Origin: Lytechinus pictus
Lineage: Eukaryota
Assembly: GCF_037042905.1 (NCBI RefSeq)
Contig: NC_087251.1
Span: forward strand, 18,788,001-18,852,000
DNA: 64,000 nt
Direction: 5' to 3'
Made by a program: the position numbers and the translations under genes. This document shows positions 50,845 to 63,825 of this stretch, piece after piece. The notes beneath the pieces were generated by a model that did no database searches, was not told the DNA's origin, and saw only the letters and a program-made list of their open reading frames with translations. Position 1 is the stretch's first letter, and the number at the start of each line of letters is the position of its first letter.

Positions 50845-51957
50845 AAATGCTAAAGCAAGGGACAAAAATCTCTAGAGAAAAACCAATGCCTAAGTACTGT
50901 TATCACAACAAATTATGAAGTAGAAAATAAATTGGAATTACAAATCAGTTAAATGATTACAAATCTTTAATTATAATTAAATTCAACAAAGTTCACATCC
51001 ATGAATAATATCATCAATAGTATTGCAGAAAAATAAATCATTCAAAAGAATAAAGTTCTTAACTGGTTTCAATTTGTTGGGGCCCATTCAAGAAAACAAG
51101 TAACAAGCACGGAACAATGTTTATATTTTATTCATGAACAAACCCATCAAATTGGCATAATGTCATGAATGTTGGAAAATTTTAAAATGTTTTTATTTAT
51201 AAAATTTAACATCAAATAAGCTTCTTGATAATATGCAAGTAATGTCGGTCACTTTTATTATTTTGTACAGATTTCCAATATAGTTTTGAAGACTTTTTGA
51301 ATTTTTCCGGTGGGAAATAATTTAGCATGTATGTGGGTTAAAAATACTTCATAGAAATCTTCAAAACTCCTTCCTGACATAGCAGCATAAAATGTGAAAA
51401 TCATGTCGATATCACAGATCAAACAATTTACTATTTATGTCTGCCAAAATGAAAATTTTGTCGGGATGGACGTTGCCCTTAAGGTAAAAATAAAACAGGG
51501 CAAATCACGTCTTGCTATCTTTAAGTCATTAAACGTAATGCCCAGTTTACTACAGTACATGTACTACACGACGCATTCAGAGAATTAAAGGGGTAGTTAA
51601 TTTGTGTAACAAAATTTTTTTAAATATGTTTCATATACGTAGGCACTTTGCCAAGACTTTCGTTCAGTCTCCAGAAAAAGCTCTAACATAGGCAACTTCA
51701 TTGATTTAACTTTGACAGATGCCTCATTTGATTAAATCTGAAAGTGAGATGGATACGTGAAAATTCGCTAGAGTGTTCCTAAAAAACACTAGCTACATGG
51801 GAGAGGCATCATTCTGTATTATTTTTTTTCAAGTTTAATGAAAACGGCTTTTCTCCCCCCCCCCCTGCCTCTTTCCCTCTTTTATTGGTTGTCTCTAGTC
51901 CACATGAACAAGTGGGTCACTGGAATGCCCATTTACATAAATACAAATTAAAAAAAG

Positions 51958-52220
51958 GATTTGTATAGCGCACGTATCCACCTTGCTAGGTGCTCAAGGC
52001 GCTCCTATATTACCACGGCTTAGCTAGTCTACCGATTCCAGTGCGCACAGCTTTTTTAGGAATTACTTCCTGCCAGTACCCATTTACCTCACCTGGGTTG
52101 AATGCAGCACAATGTGGGTAAATTTCTTGCTGAAGGAAAATACGCCATGGCTTGGAATCGAACCCACATCCTTCATATTGAAAGACGAGAGTCTTAAACA
52201 CTAGACCACGATGCCCCCAC
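51958..52220 (-). mobile_element. tRNA-derived SINE with L2-like tail
   Basis: Minus strand A box TGGTCTAGTG, B box GGTTCGATTCC, conserved core, tail GCGCCTTGAGCACC...GCGCTATACAAAT. Confidence 0.8.
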
Positions 52221-52547
52221 ATCGCAATAATATGAAAGTCATTTGGTATAGCAATCCTAGCATACATGTAGGAGCCTTACCAAAGTCCAATTGAACTTTG
52301 GTCAGTTCAGCAACAATTCTGCTGAGCACCCTTTCCCTTCCAATCTGACTGATTAAGCTTTCAGACAAGACAAGATGAAAAAATTATAGTAGAAAAGATA
52401 CTGAGTGGGCTTCTTACTGAAGTACTTTGCGAAAAGTGGCTTGAACTAATCAGGAAAGGTACCTTACAATGTTTTTGGCTGAAGCTGACCATATCAAATG
52501 AAGCATCACAATACTATAATCCTTTATCATTATGCTCCGTGCTTCAG

Positions 52548-52721
52548 GTTGACAATAGTCTTCAGGAGTTCAGCAAACAGTTGGCTGAGAAGGACAGGAG
52601 CATGAAGGAAGAGCAAGAGGAAATGCAAAGAAAATTAGAAGAAGCTATCAGAGAGAAAGAGGCACAGATGTTGGCTCAGCTGGAAGCAGAGAAACAAGCT
52701 CTGATTGATGAGAAACAGAAA
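52548..52721 (+). CDS. RNF8: RNF8 exon 4 (coiled coil)
   Basis: cttcAG acceptor, GTATGT donor; VDNSLQEFSKQL...LIDEKQK; 174 nt. Confidence 0.9.
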
Positions 52722-53135
52722 GTATGTGCAATGTTTCTTTTTTAAATAAGTAACAAAAAGATTTTTACAATGTGATAAGTATTGTGGTACAGTGAAGACA
52801 TGGATGAAACAGTGGGAAGACTAGTAGTCACTTCATCTTTTCATGGTGAATTTTAACAAATGTTCTGTAGTTGTGTAGAAAATGTTAGTGTTGATTTAGA
52901 GAGATTAAGTGTAGAATGCCACATAGGGTTATTGGTGTTTCACTGATGAACTTTGTCACTAAATGGCACAAATTAATTCAATGTGAAAATATGAGTACTT
53001 GATCTATTAATTCATTTGAAAATATCTCATTATAGAAATGAGAATAGATTGTAAATCAGTTACGGTCGTAATTTGATATCAGCTTGTCTCATTGGTTTAT
53101 CATTCACAGCAACTTTTCTCCCTTTTCTGTTTCAG

Positions 53136-53252
53136 GTTGAAGAAAAGCTGCAAACAGCATTAGAGAAGGACAAGGGGCTGGAGGAAGAGAAACAAAGATT
53201 AGATGACATCATTCAGCAAAAAGAAAAAGAAAAGACAGATATGGAAGATGAG
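53136..53252 (+). CDS. RNF8: RNF8 exon 5 (coiled coil)
   Basis: tttcAG acceptor, GTAAG donor; VEEKLQTALEK...DMEDE; 117 nt. Confidence 0.9.
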
Positions 53253-53835
53253 GTAAGAAGTACTTCATTATTTATTGCAGTAATGTATTGTTGCAAAGGG
53301 ATTAGGAAGTGAGTGTTGTTTACATGCATGTGAAAAAGTCGTGAGCTCTTAGATAGAATTGTCGACTGCTGGATCACTTAAATTGTATGGTCATGTTTCT
53401 CATTCAGCTTGCCTTGGTAAAACAATATTGCAAGGAACATTAGGTAAAGAAATATGAAAAACTGCATGAGATGGAGAGATAATATGGTTGTTTGGATAAG
53501 AGTGAAGTTTGCAAAATGTCAGAGATCGGTAGAGGACAGAAATGGGAGGTGAAAAGTAGTGGGTCAGCTTCAGTAGTGCCCTGATGTGATAGATACTAAA
53601 GTGCTAGTAACACTATGGGCTCTGCCAAACAAATTATTGACTGATGAAACATTTGCATGACACCAAAATCTGTGCAAATTTGGTCTGTCTACTGCAATTC
53701 TGGAACTCTCTTGATGATTTACAAATGTGCCTATACAGAGATTGAATGGCAATACAGACTGGAAAACTGTTGCTTAACAAATTTTCTTTCATTCATCACA
53801 TTAATGACAGTCACATTGTGTTTGTTTGGTTCTAG

Positions 53836-53973
53836 ATGGAAGCTAGCCGCTTAGAACGAGAGGAAGAAGAGAAAGTGAAGATAGAAAATGCAAAAAGGGC
53901 TGCTCTTGATGACTTTACCAATGTCATGGAGAATGAATTCCAATGCAGTATTTGTTCAGAACTCTTCATTCAG
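53836..53973 (+). CDS. RNF8: RNF8 exon 6 (start of RING)
   Basis: MEASRL...VMENEFQCSICSELFIQ; ttctAG acceptor, GTGTGT donor. Confidence 0.93.
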
Positions 53974-54591
53974 GTGTGTCAATTTATCATCAATTGGTTT
54001 ATAAATATGACCAAGTAAAAGAATGGTCTGAAAAACCCATTTGAATAAGGTTTAATACCTGAAATTATGGTGCAAATATACACTACTGAATGATACGCGC
54101 CGTATAAGCTAAAACAACAACAACCTCAATACCTGAAATTATTGAAAAAAATATAATCACTATTTACAGTTACTTTGTAAAGAGTTGAAAAAGTAAAAAA
54201 AAAAAAAAAAAACCCTTGGTTAACATAATAATCAAATGCTACTCCAAAAATCCAACATTATTTGACTGAAAATTGCACAATATCACATCATATTGTTCAT
54301 GTCTGTTGCTAGATGTATCTGTTTTAATATTTTATTAGATTTTTCTCATTCGAAATAGCCGGTTGTACATTTGGTTATATAGTACGATCTATGGATACAC
54401 TTCATTTACAATTACAGATCTCTGTCAATGTTAAAAGTGGAAATTAAGTGACAAGTTAATGGGGGAAGAAGGCATATTTTGGAACTAACTTGACTGTATT
54501 GTCCCTTTAATTAAAAAAGAATAATAATTAGAAAGAAAGTACAGGTATACTTATATAAATGCAACATGTTTTTTATCATTTCTTTTTTCAG

Positions 54592-54796
54592 GCGACAACT
54601 CTGAACTGTTCTCATTCTTTCTGTGCATACTGCATACACACATGGTTTAAGCGGAAGAATGAATGCCCGAATTGCCGTGTCAAGACCACCTCACACAGTC
54701 GCTCCATTGTCCTTGATAACTACATTGACAAGATGATTGAGAAGTTAGGAGACGAAGCCAAACAAAGACGAAAGGAGATAGTTGAAGAGAGGAAGG
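54592..54796 (+). CDS. RNF8: RNF8 exon 7 (C3HC4 RING)
   Basis: ATTLNCSHSFCAYCIHTWFKRKNECPNCR...SIVLDNYIDKMIE...ERK; donor G|GTGAAT. Confidence 0.94.
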
Positions 54797-55433
54797 GTGA
54801 ATGAACTTTAAGTCATTATGGACAGTGTTTATAAACATCTGATTGAACATAAGATTGAAAGTAATTATTTTATCTGTAACACAATGGCTCTGAATGTAAT
54901 GATAGTGTCTTTTTTCATGGATGTGAAATTCATTTGGAAATTATCTAGAGCAATGCAGAAGGAATTCATGAAAAGTGTTGCAGTTTATGTCTCAATTTTT
55001 ATGATTAGTATTGACAGAATTGAAGTTCTGTTAAAGGTAATACCCATTAGACAAGTTAAGTGAACATTCTCTTTTTTTGCTTGCAACTCAATATCTATTA
55101 TGAACCAAAATTTGTTATAATTACAGTACTGTTTAATGCTGGATACATGAATTGCTTTAAACTTTCCTTGCTTTATGTGTAATATGATTTGAACGAATGA
55201 GTGAAATATCATACGTTTGTTGACTAGAGTAACATAAAGCAGACTGCAAACTTTGACTCACATTTCATTCATAATACACACAAGAGTGCATTAAGTGTAT
55301 TGTAAATACATACATTCACAATAGTGTGCATCACTTTGTAAATTGTACACACAAAGCTTTTCTTTTCAAATAACCAACCGTAAGTAATGATTAGCATAGT
55401 CCTTACAACACTCTTCTTAAGTTTGCGCATTAA

Positions 55434-55639
55434 TATCAATGTTGCATAGGAGGGGTTATATCTAGATGGCAGGCAAAGGGTGAAAGGAAACCAAATCCAT
55501 TACTATCAATGTTGTATAGGAGGGGTTATATCTAGATGGCAGGCAAAGGGTGAAAGGAAACCAAATCCATTACTATCAATGTTGTATAGGAGGGGTTATA
55601 TCTAGATGGCAGGCAAAGGGTGAAAGGAAACCAAATCCA
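55434..55639. repeat. Tandem repeat, 70-bp unit x3
   Basis: ATCAATGTTG-ATAGGAGGGGTTATATCTAGATGG... at 55435, 55505 and 55575. Confidence 0.92.
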
Positions 55640-56207
55640 AAGAGAATCGATCAGAGAAGGAGTAAAATGAAAGGATTGATATAAAAGAAGTCTTATCAAA
55701 ATCGGTTGTAAAAATGTTATGGAAGTTTGAAAAATCTTGTTCAAACATGGCAAACATGCTTCAAAATAGCTGATTTTGTGGGCAACTCTTCAATTGTTTT
55801 ATACACAAATTTTCAGATTTTCCTCATTATCTTTCAAATTGCATCTTGCCTCCTAAGCATTTATTACATATGTCATTTGAAAATATAATTCACACAACAT
55901 ATGTCAAGGTAAGGTGAAGATAATCATAAATATGTGAAATAAATTTGAGGGTCCCGTAGTAAGTTCAAACTTCCATAACTCTTAGTCTATAACCAGTTTT
56001 GATGAAACTTGTATTGAATTTGCTCCTTTTATTTCACTCTTTTCAATAAGATTATTTTCATGGGTTTTGGTTTCTTCTACATGGATTGGTAGTATTCCCA
56101 GTGTGGTAGAAGCAAGGTCTAGCTGTATCTCCAGTGTGTTCAGATCGTAATTGCAGATCATAATACCCTGATCTTCAAACTTATCATTTCTATTATTGTT
56201 CTTCTAG

Positions 56208-56431
56208 GTGAGGATCCAAACTATAGCACCAGGCCCAATGCTGGCGTCACCACTGTTAATTCTGTCCCTGTTGTCATCTCTGATGAGGAGGATGAAGACG
56301 AGGATGAAGAGGATGAAGAAATTGAGTACTACGACAGATTTGATCGGTTTGGTCGCCATGGCATGCGCCGGTACTATCATACTTCCGACGAGGAGTTAGA
56401 CTCAGAAAATGAGGATGATGAATACTACTAA
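56208..56431 (+). CDS. RNF8: RNF8 exon 8 (acidic C-terminal tail, stop)
   Basis: ttcttctAG acceptor, phase 1; (G)EDPNYSTRPNAGVTTVNSVPVVISDEEDEDEDEEDEEIEYYDRFDRFGRHGMRRYYHTSDEELDSENEDDEYY*. The track ORF at 56208 is in the wrong frame. Confidence 0.78.
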
Positions 56432-57979
56432 CAAAGTACCTAATCCTCACTCCATATAGATCATCATGATTTGCTACTTTTTATTTCAAGAGAACTGTGA
56501 TGGAATCATAAAACGGCAACCATCTTTTTGCTGTTGCATTTTATTTATATGCACAAAATTTTAAAGGCTAAAAAAATTATTTTCATATTTTGTTTACCAA
56601 AGTGCCTCGATAGAGATTGATGTCAGTTGTACACAGTCTTCTCTCTTCTCCCCATTCCCGGATCGCACTCTAAGAAGCGTGGGGGGGGGTCTTATATTGA
56701 TTGAAAAAAGGTTATTGCACATATATTGATAATATAGTAATAATATCCAAGTCCTTTGGAAGCGCATAGAGACATTATTCATAATTGTGATATCCGCTAT
56801 ACAAGAACTGTATATTATTATTATTATTATTATATTGACTAGCCTTGAGGAGAACATCAAATGTGTCGCCTGTAACAGAATCATATTGGCCCGAGTCTTT
56901 TCTGGAAGAAGAGCCAGTCAATATTATTATTACCTAAGGCTGTACAATGTGTAACTCAAGCTATTATTTAGAACAATTTATACATGTATGCCTGTTTGCT
57001 TATCACTCCTGATTTCAGGTTATTCACGAACAATAGCGAAGTAACCCTTGCTAAGCAATTGTGACGTAAATTGTTACCTTGCAGTCGCGCATCATCCATG
57101 GCGCACACATGTACACTTAACGCATAGAAATCTTGCGCTTGATTTTGTGTATGCACTAAAGATGCACTGACCACGCCGCGCATTATCTACAATGCGTTGG
57201 TTCATAAACTGGTTCCAGCCAGATTTCTAAAATACTGAACTTAGCGATCAAAATCGGCTCCTACTGCACAAGCTCACTAGTGGAAATATGGCCAATATTG
57301 CCCTCTGTTTTTGTACAGGATTCCTCTTGGCAAAGCCCGGGGAGGGCAACATGACAAATGTTTACCTCGTTGGTCTCGGATTGAAAGTAGCGAGCGAAAT
57401 ATGATATTTATTTATCTGCTAAAATGCCTTTTAAAGGTAATGTCAAATATTATTCTTGTGTGAAATATTTCTTCTAATCTTTTTTTCAATTGCTTTCGAA
57501 AATTCTGTCTTGAAGCAAGGCGTCTCGGTCTACAACATGTATTGCAATGTGTAGATTTGATTTTTACTCGTTTCTTTCAACTTTAAAATTGAAATACCCT
57601 TAGCCCCTTTCGCCCTCCATATCATGTATTGATTCAATCATTTTTGAGATAATGAAAAATAAAATAATAGCAATGAATTAGTCTTGTAGTGATCAAAATA
57701 GTATCATCAACCCTAATGGCATCCAATGATTTATTGTCTTTCTTTGATAATTGTATCCACAGTCTTCTGCTGCTCTGTTTCTTATAGTATTGAATAGGCC
57801 AGAATTTCTACTTCCATCACAAAATAAGGTGTGCCAAGTATTTTGGGGTTTATGATCAATGTTTATGTCATATTTGCTCCAATGCAAGTTGAAATCCTAA
57901 CTCTGATACCTGAACCACACATTTTTAGTGGCATTTTCATAGCATTCTATACAAGTGTGGATTGAAATTTGTGTTACTT

Positions 57980-58290
57980 AATAATAATAATATACAGTTC
58001 TTGTATAGCGCATATCACAATAATGAATAATGTCTCTATGCGCTTCCAAAAGACTTGGATATTATTACCCCAGCTATAGCTTGGCAGCCGTAATTACTAA
58101 GATTACAGCGCTCACGCATTTCAAGGAATAAATTCCTGCCAGGCACCCATTCACCTTACCTGGGTTGAGTGCAGCACAATGTGAATAAATTTCTTGCTGA
58201 AGGAAATTACGCCATGCCATGGCTGGGATTTGAACCCACGACCCTGTTTTAAAGTCCGGAGACTAATCCGCACAATCCACAACGCTCCAC
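57980..58290 (-). mobile_element. tRNA-derived SINE with (TAT)n tail
   Basis: Same core as the 51958 copy; its tail is inverted relative to a tail-only copy near 56740-56835. Confidence 0.75.
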
Positions 58291-60586
58291 AGCGTTAAGT
58301 CTTGAGTGTAATTATCAGAATACCAATGAATAAACAAAAGAATACCAACCAGAAATTTTTAAATAGTACTCCTGCAATCATATTGGAATAAAGCATTGTT
58401 GATTGGTTGTTAAACGTGTTTTAGAATTATGGCAGTAGTAGCATTGCCTGAAAACAGTATATTCCTGTAGAGAACACTTGAAGGCAAAGGAAACTTGCTA
58501 CTTTATATCATAAACTCCAAAATATAGCAATTTCTTAGCTTTATTCAAAATCTTTAAATTGTGAGATATAAAGGTTTTACAAACTTTTGACAACAAACTT
58601 CAAATCACCCACAATGATGATTGAGTGTAATGCTCTTTAACGGGAGATGAATGATGAATGAATATCTTCACAAACTGATAGCTGTCCTTTCATGCCTGTT
58701 GTATTAGATGGTAGTTGTGGCCATTTTGCTCCCTAAAAAACTTCTCCCATTGGTAAAAAGGTTCGGGTTTTTTTAAGGACATCGTGAGGTCTGACTGGTT
58801 TGGAAACTTGATCTTTTGAAGCCAACATTCAATAATTTTCCTGATAATGTGCATTGTACAGTTTCAAAATTCAGATGAGGCAGTAAGACCCATAACTGCT
58901 CTCCATCTTAGTGGTATTTTTTTCCTTCTTGTGAATCTTCTCATTGCTAAGAGCATATGTATTATTTGCAATATCAATACATACTTGCTGATCCTGAGAA
59001 ATGTAACAGTCATTACTCTCATTGAATTTACCATGTCAATACACAATCATCTGGACTTGCTAGAGTACATTTTCCAGCCTTGGCAAGTATGTGCTTGATG
59101 GGTTTCATGATTGTGAGATCTAATTATCAACATATCATTGAATCAGTTTTTTTCAGAAGATGACCTGAAATAAGTACTTTAACATTAATTCACACTGACT
59201 CATAGCTCCCATCAGAGCTTTATTCATTAAATTTCATATCAATCTGTCGTTACAAAAGACATCCATACAAATGTTTTGAAATTAAATAATCTGAGAATAG
59301 TTTATTTACATATAACTCCTTGGTGTTAATTGCTGGTATTACAATAATTGTATTTTTTGGTTATGAATGAGCTTTAAGTGAATTATTCACCTTTCTTGAA
59401 GGGTGAATTATTTGTTTTGTATCGATCCCATACCTTGATGTAAATAGTCAGTTTGCCAATGTTTTCATTATTTGTATCCTATTGTACAAATACAAATACT
59501 GTTCTTGAATAAAGCCAGTATCTTCAAATATTATGCCTATGTGTACACAAAATTGTTTAATATTACTCATATTTGCAGACCAGCATGCTTAGACAAATCT
59601 ACATAGGTGTTAAACAACCCAAGTGGAATAAGAGTAAGAGTTGCATCACTGTTTATAGTGATATACTACTTTACAGCCAGGTCTGCACAGGCCAATAGCA
59701 ACTTGTTGCATCTGAAATTTTGGCCGTGTATGACAAACTAATTGGCCACATATTTAAGCCTCTAAAAAGATAATGGCCATTATTATTTTTCATCGTGTTC
59801 ATTACATGGAAGCAGAAAAATAGGAACACGATGTTTTGTTGAATATTTAAATGACTGAACGACTGATTATTCTTTCCTATCCACTTTCAATTTATATATA
59901 CATGTATATTTTTTCCCCTCAGCTCTTTTGAATAGTTACATTATAGTTTCTTCCTCTACTTTCCTCCCATATCTCATACAAGCTCAGCTCCAAATTTTCC
60001 TTCCTTATTCAGGCGATATAATAATTATTATATATATATTTTTTTTTCTCCACTCACCTCTTTTAGATTTACCACATTTGCTTATTTACATGTATACTAT
60101 GGTTTCTTCATAATACACCCCCTCTTCTATATTTGCTTTTACCTTTTTAGGCAATTTGCTTCCTCTTTTTCACATATAAAGCGTTTTTTTTTTCTACTGT
60201 ATAGTCTTGTTTTTTTCCCATCACACCTATATAGCGGATTACAATATCAGTTACACCATATGTGTATTTATATTTTTTCATATACATTTCTTTTTTGGAT
60301 ATATTTATTAACATGTCACGCATAGATACATCTTTACACTTACCTTCTTCTCTTAGTTTGTTTAATGCTTTATCATATATACTTATATGTCTATTGAGCA
60401 TTATCAGTTGTTCCCCATTCTTTTCCTTTTTTCCCCACTCTTATGCACCAGTTTATTATGCCTTTCTTTGTAACCTGTTTGACCCACCTCTCACTAATTC
60501 TCTTTTTATTCATCTCTTCCTCATACCCTCTATCACTGTTTTGTTCCAGATCCTGTTTGATGTTGCCTGCCTCATTATCTTAATCC

Positions 60587-61670
60587 CAGTCAGACCGCAG
60601 GTCCCTATGCTAATGAGCAAAAAGGCCAGATTCATCCAAATCATCTCGTGGCTGAATCCTCCTCCTTGAAAAATCTCGTGATTCGTGAGATTTTCTTTCT
60701 CTAAGAATTTACCTGTTTTAACCTCAAGTTAAATGAAATATTATTGCACCATCAGATAGAGTAAAAGTTACTCTTTCATATTGGTCATTTATTTTGTATA
60801 CAATATTTTGTTAAATAAGTAAATTTCTGGCCTGAAATTGTGCCTCAAAACTGAATTTTCTTCCTCTGTTTTCTTTTGCAAATTGTGCAAAACTTTTTAT
60901 TTTGAGCCTCAATGATATCTATATCACCATAAAGCTGAACTTCTGTACTTTCTCACAATGCCACTCTTGATATGCGGCACCTTTTAATCGGGTCAAGATC
61001 ACACTTTTCCCACCAAGGTACAAGACGAGATTTCTGAAATTTTGTACTTGCATGAAATCCAGAGTTCTGATTGGCTGGATAAGGTTCACAGAACAACAGG
61101 CGCGGGGTATTTGAGGAGATTACCACATGGGAAGTGTGACCTTCCCACGAACCCAGGCACTGGAACCGTTGGAATTTGCCATTGTGTGGTCTTTTTGACC
61201 AATCAGAGTGCAGTATACTTGTTTTCAAGCTGCTTTATGTACTTGGCAAATGAAAAGTGTGATCTTGACCCGATTAAACCAATTCTTATTTTGAAACCTA
61301 TATCATTTCAAAGCATACATATTCAGCTTTATCATGATATAAAAATCATTTGGGCTCAAACAAAAATAAAGTGTGAAAATAGCAGCTTTTGTCAGGTGAA
61401 AATATTTATTTTGTAGCATATTTTAGATCAAAATTTTAACCTATATTACAAAATCTTTGAATAAATCCAAACACATGACCTGAAAGAATGATTCTTCTTC
61501 TTTACAATGGTACCAAATTCATGAAATTCGATGCATAATTAGAGTAGCAATGACCGAATGAAAAGAGGCGTTTTGGTCCGCATCAAGCTCATTAAATATG
61601 CAAAACATCTCAAGTCATGAATATCACTTGGATGAAAGAAGCCACTTTCTTGGGACCTGCAGTCCGACTG
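60587..61670. mobile_element. 1.1-kb TIR element with 4-bp TSD
   Basis: CAGTCAGACCGCAGGTCCC ... GGGACCTGCAGTCCGACTG; TSD atcc at 60583-60586 and 61671-61674. Confidence 0.75.
60983..61278. mobile_element. Nested MITE with perfect 27-bp TIR, no clear TSD
   Basis: TTTAATCGGGTCAAGATCACACTTTTC at 60983-61009 and its reverse complement at 61252-61278. Confidence 0.75.
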
Positions 61671-61879
61671 ATCCCTCTTGGCTTGAGGTCTTTTACTGGC
61701 CTTACTTACACTAACTTCCCTTTGTGTCTGCATGCCTACTCCTTTTCTTTCATCCCCTTCACCAACCTGATTGGTCTTCTCTACTCACTAATGCCCCTTT
61801 TGTCTCCTTGTTTCTAGTGTTGCTGTAGCTTGTCTGTGGTCTATATTATGGTTGTTCCACTTTATATGTTTGTCATTTT

Positions 61880-61918
61880 GCCTCCGATGAAGATTCTGCT
61901 AGGATCGAAAGCTTAGGC
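61880..61918 (+). ncRNA. Minimal type I hammerhead ribozyme-like motif, copy 2
   Basis: GCCU-CCGAUGA-A-GAUUCU(GCU)AGGAUC-GAAA-GC-UU-AGGC; the following 76 nt are identical to copy 1. Confidence 0.6.
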
Positions 61919-63399
61919 CCCTTTTGACTTTCTAATTTACTCCATTGGCTCTCTTTTATTAGATAAGCAGTTTTCAGCAGCTTCTTTTTGCCATTTATTT
62001 AAATGTACAGCATTTATCAAACCATGCTAATTTTAAATTTGCAATGTTGGTCAGGGGATCATCATGAAATCCCATAAAATCTCAGCAAACGTAATATTTT
62101 GCTCAATTTCAATTGTAAGCGTATTGAACCTTGCATCCAATTTTCAATCACATTGAATAATGGCAAAAGCTCCAATTTTACTTCCAGGTCAAAGTTGTTA
62201 CTCTACCCAAAATCTTGATTCATCTATTTTTATAGACTGAAGTTGGCAATCAGAATTTTGTGTGCTGTTTCTAGTTAAGAAAATAAATGCATTTTTGCTG
62301 CAAATTCACATTGGTTTTGATTGCTAACTTCAGATCATCACCAAACTATTAAAGGCAAAGATTGAAATACCAAATGATGCAATCAATATCAAAGTAAAAG
62401 AGCATTTAAAGGTCCAAAGTGACTGGCATTCAAGTGACAGATTTGATATGTGCTTACCCCAAAATAAGGGCTAAAGTAGGAAGCAAAAAAAGACACTATA
62501 AGAGGAAGATGAGACACTCAATACAGCGTGTAATGAAATGCTCGGGGAAAGCGCCCAACAACGTTGAGAAAGTAGACAGTCACATATCACCATTTTGGGT
62601 TGTGTACAAAACATATAAGAGAAATGTTGGAGGGATGAAGGAATAGACAATTTTTACATTTAACAGATTTTTTTCAATTTTTTTCCTCCAAAAATTAGAG
62701 ATAAATAATGTTAGAGGTTTCTGGGAAAGAAGTGTGGAATTATCCACATGCGCAACCCTTGTACCTTCTCCCAAACCCCTCTCTCATGTGTTTTATACAT
62801 AGCTGCTGTTGGGCGCCCTTCCTCATGAGCGAAATCGAGCGTTTCTAAAAATTGCCGAAGTGTCCGGTCTTCCCTTGTAGTGTCTTTGGTGCAAATCACT
62901 GCCTTGTTACAAGGAAAAAAACTTTTATATCATTTACCCTGATTTGGAACAGCATTGAAAACGCGCTATTTTTGGTATATGTGGTGGTGATAAACATGGA
63001 AACATTACTTCGATTGACCATTGAGCTCTGTTTCTACGATTAAAATTGATAGAATCTATAGAATGCTCAATTTCACTGCAGAGTGCCCAAGTTTAAGTGA
63101 TGGCAAAATTTCCATTAAAAATAATTTTAATGGACAAGTATCCATACAGCAGGGTCCTTGTACACTATTAAAAGTGGATTTTAATCAAATTCAATTTTTA
63201 AATAAATGAGTTGCTGACATTAGCTATTTATTTCTAAAATAAATTTCATTTTATTAAATTGATAGATTTCAAATATAAATATTTGTACAAATATCAACTT
63301 TACTTTTACATCACACACAAATTTATGTGAAACCACAAAACCCTGAACATTTCTAATACCTAGTTCCCACTTTCACAATTCACGCCATGATAAATTTTT

Positions 63400-63825
63400 T
63401 TAAAGGACAAGTCCACCCCATCAAAAAATGGATTTGAATAAAAGAAGAAAAATCCAACAAGCATAACCCTGAAAATTTCATCAAGATCGGATGTAAAATA
63501 AGAAAGTTATGACATTTTAAAGTTTTGCTTAATTTCACAAAACAGTTATATGCACATCCTGGTCAGTATGCAAATAAGGAGACTGATGACGTCATCCACT
63601 CACTATTTCTTTTGTATTTTATTAGATGAAATATTCTAATTTTCTCCTTATTGTCAAGTGAAACAACGATGAAAATCCTCCTGAACATGTGGAATTAGCA
63701 TTGTTTAATACTATATGGTTCAGTCAAGTTGGTCCTTATTGTCAAATCTGTAAAAAATGAAATATTGTATAATTCAAACAATAAAAAACAATAAACATTT
63801 TTCTGGGGTGGACATTGACCTTTAA
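63400..63825. mobile_element. Kolobok-like MITE family A, internally deleted
   Basis: ttaaAGGACAAGTCCACCCC ... GGGGTGGACATTGACCTttaa. Confidence 0.8.

Noticed and set aside
52150..52220. tRNA gene
   Set aside because: A and B boxes are present but the cloverleaf is degenerate and continues into a SINE core and tail.
61559..61590. GIY-YIG-like peptide KEAFWSA upstream of the ribozyme
   Set aside because: Too short, and it lies inside the unrelated 60587-61670 TIR element.
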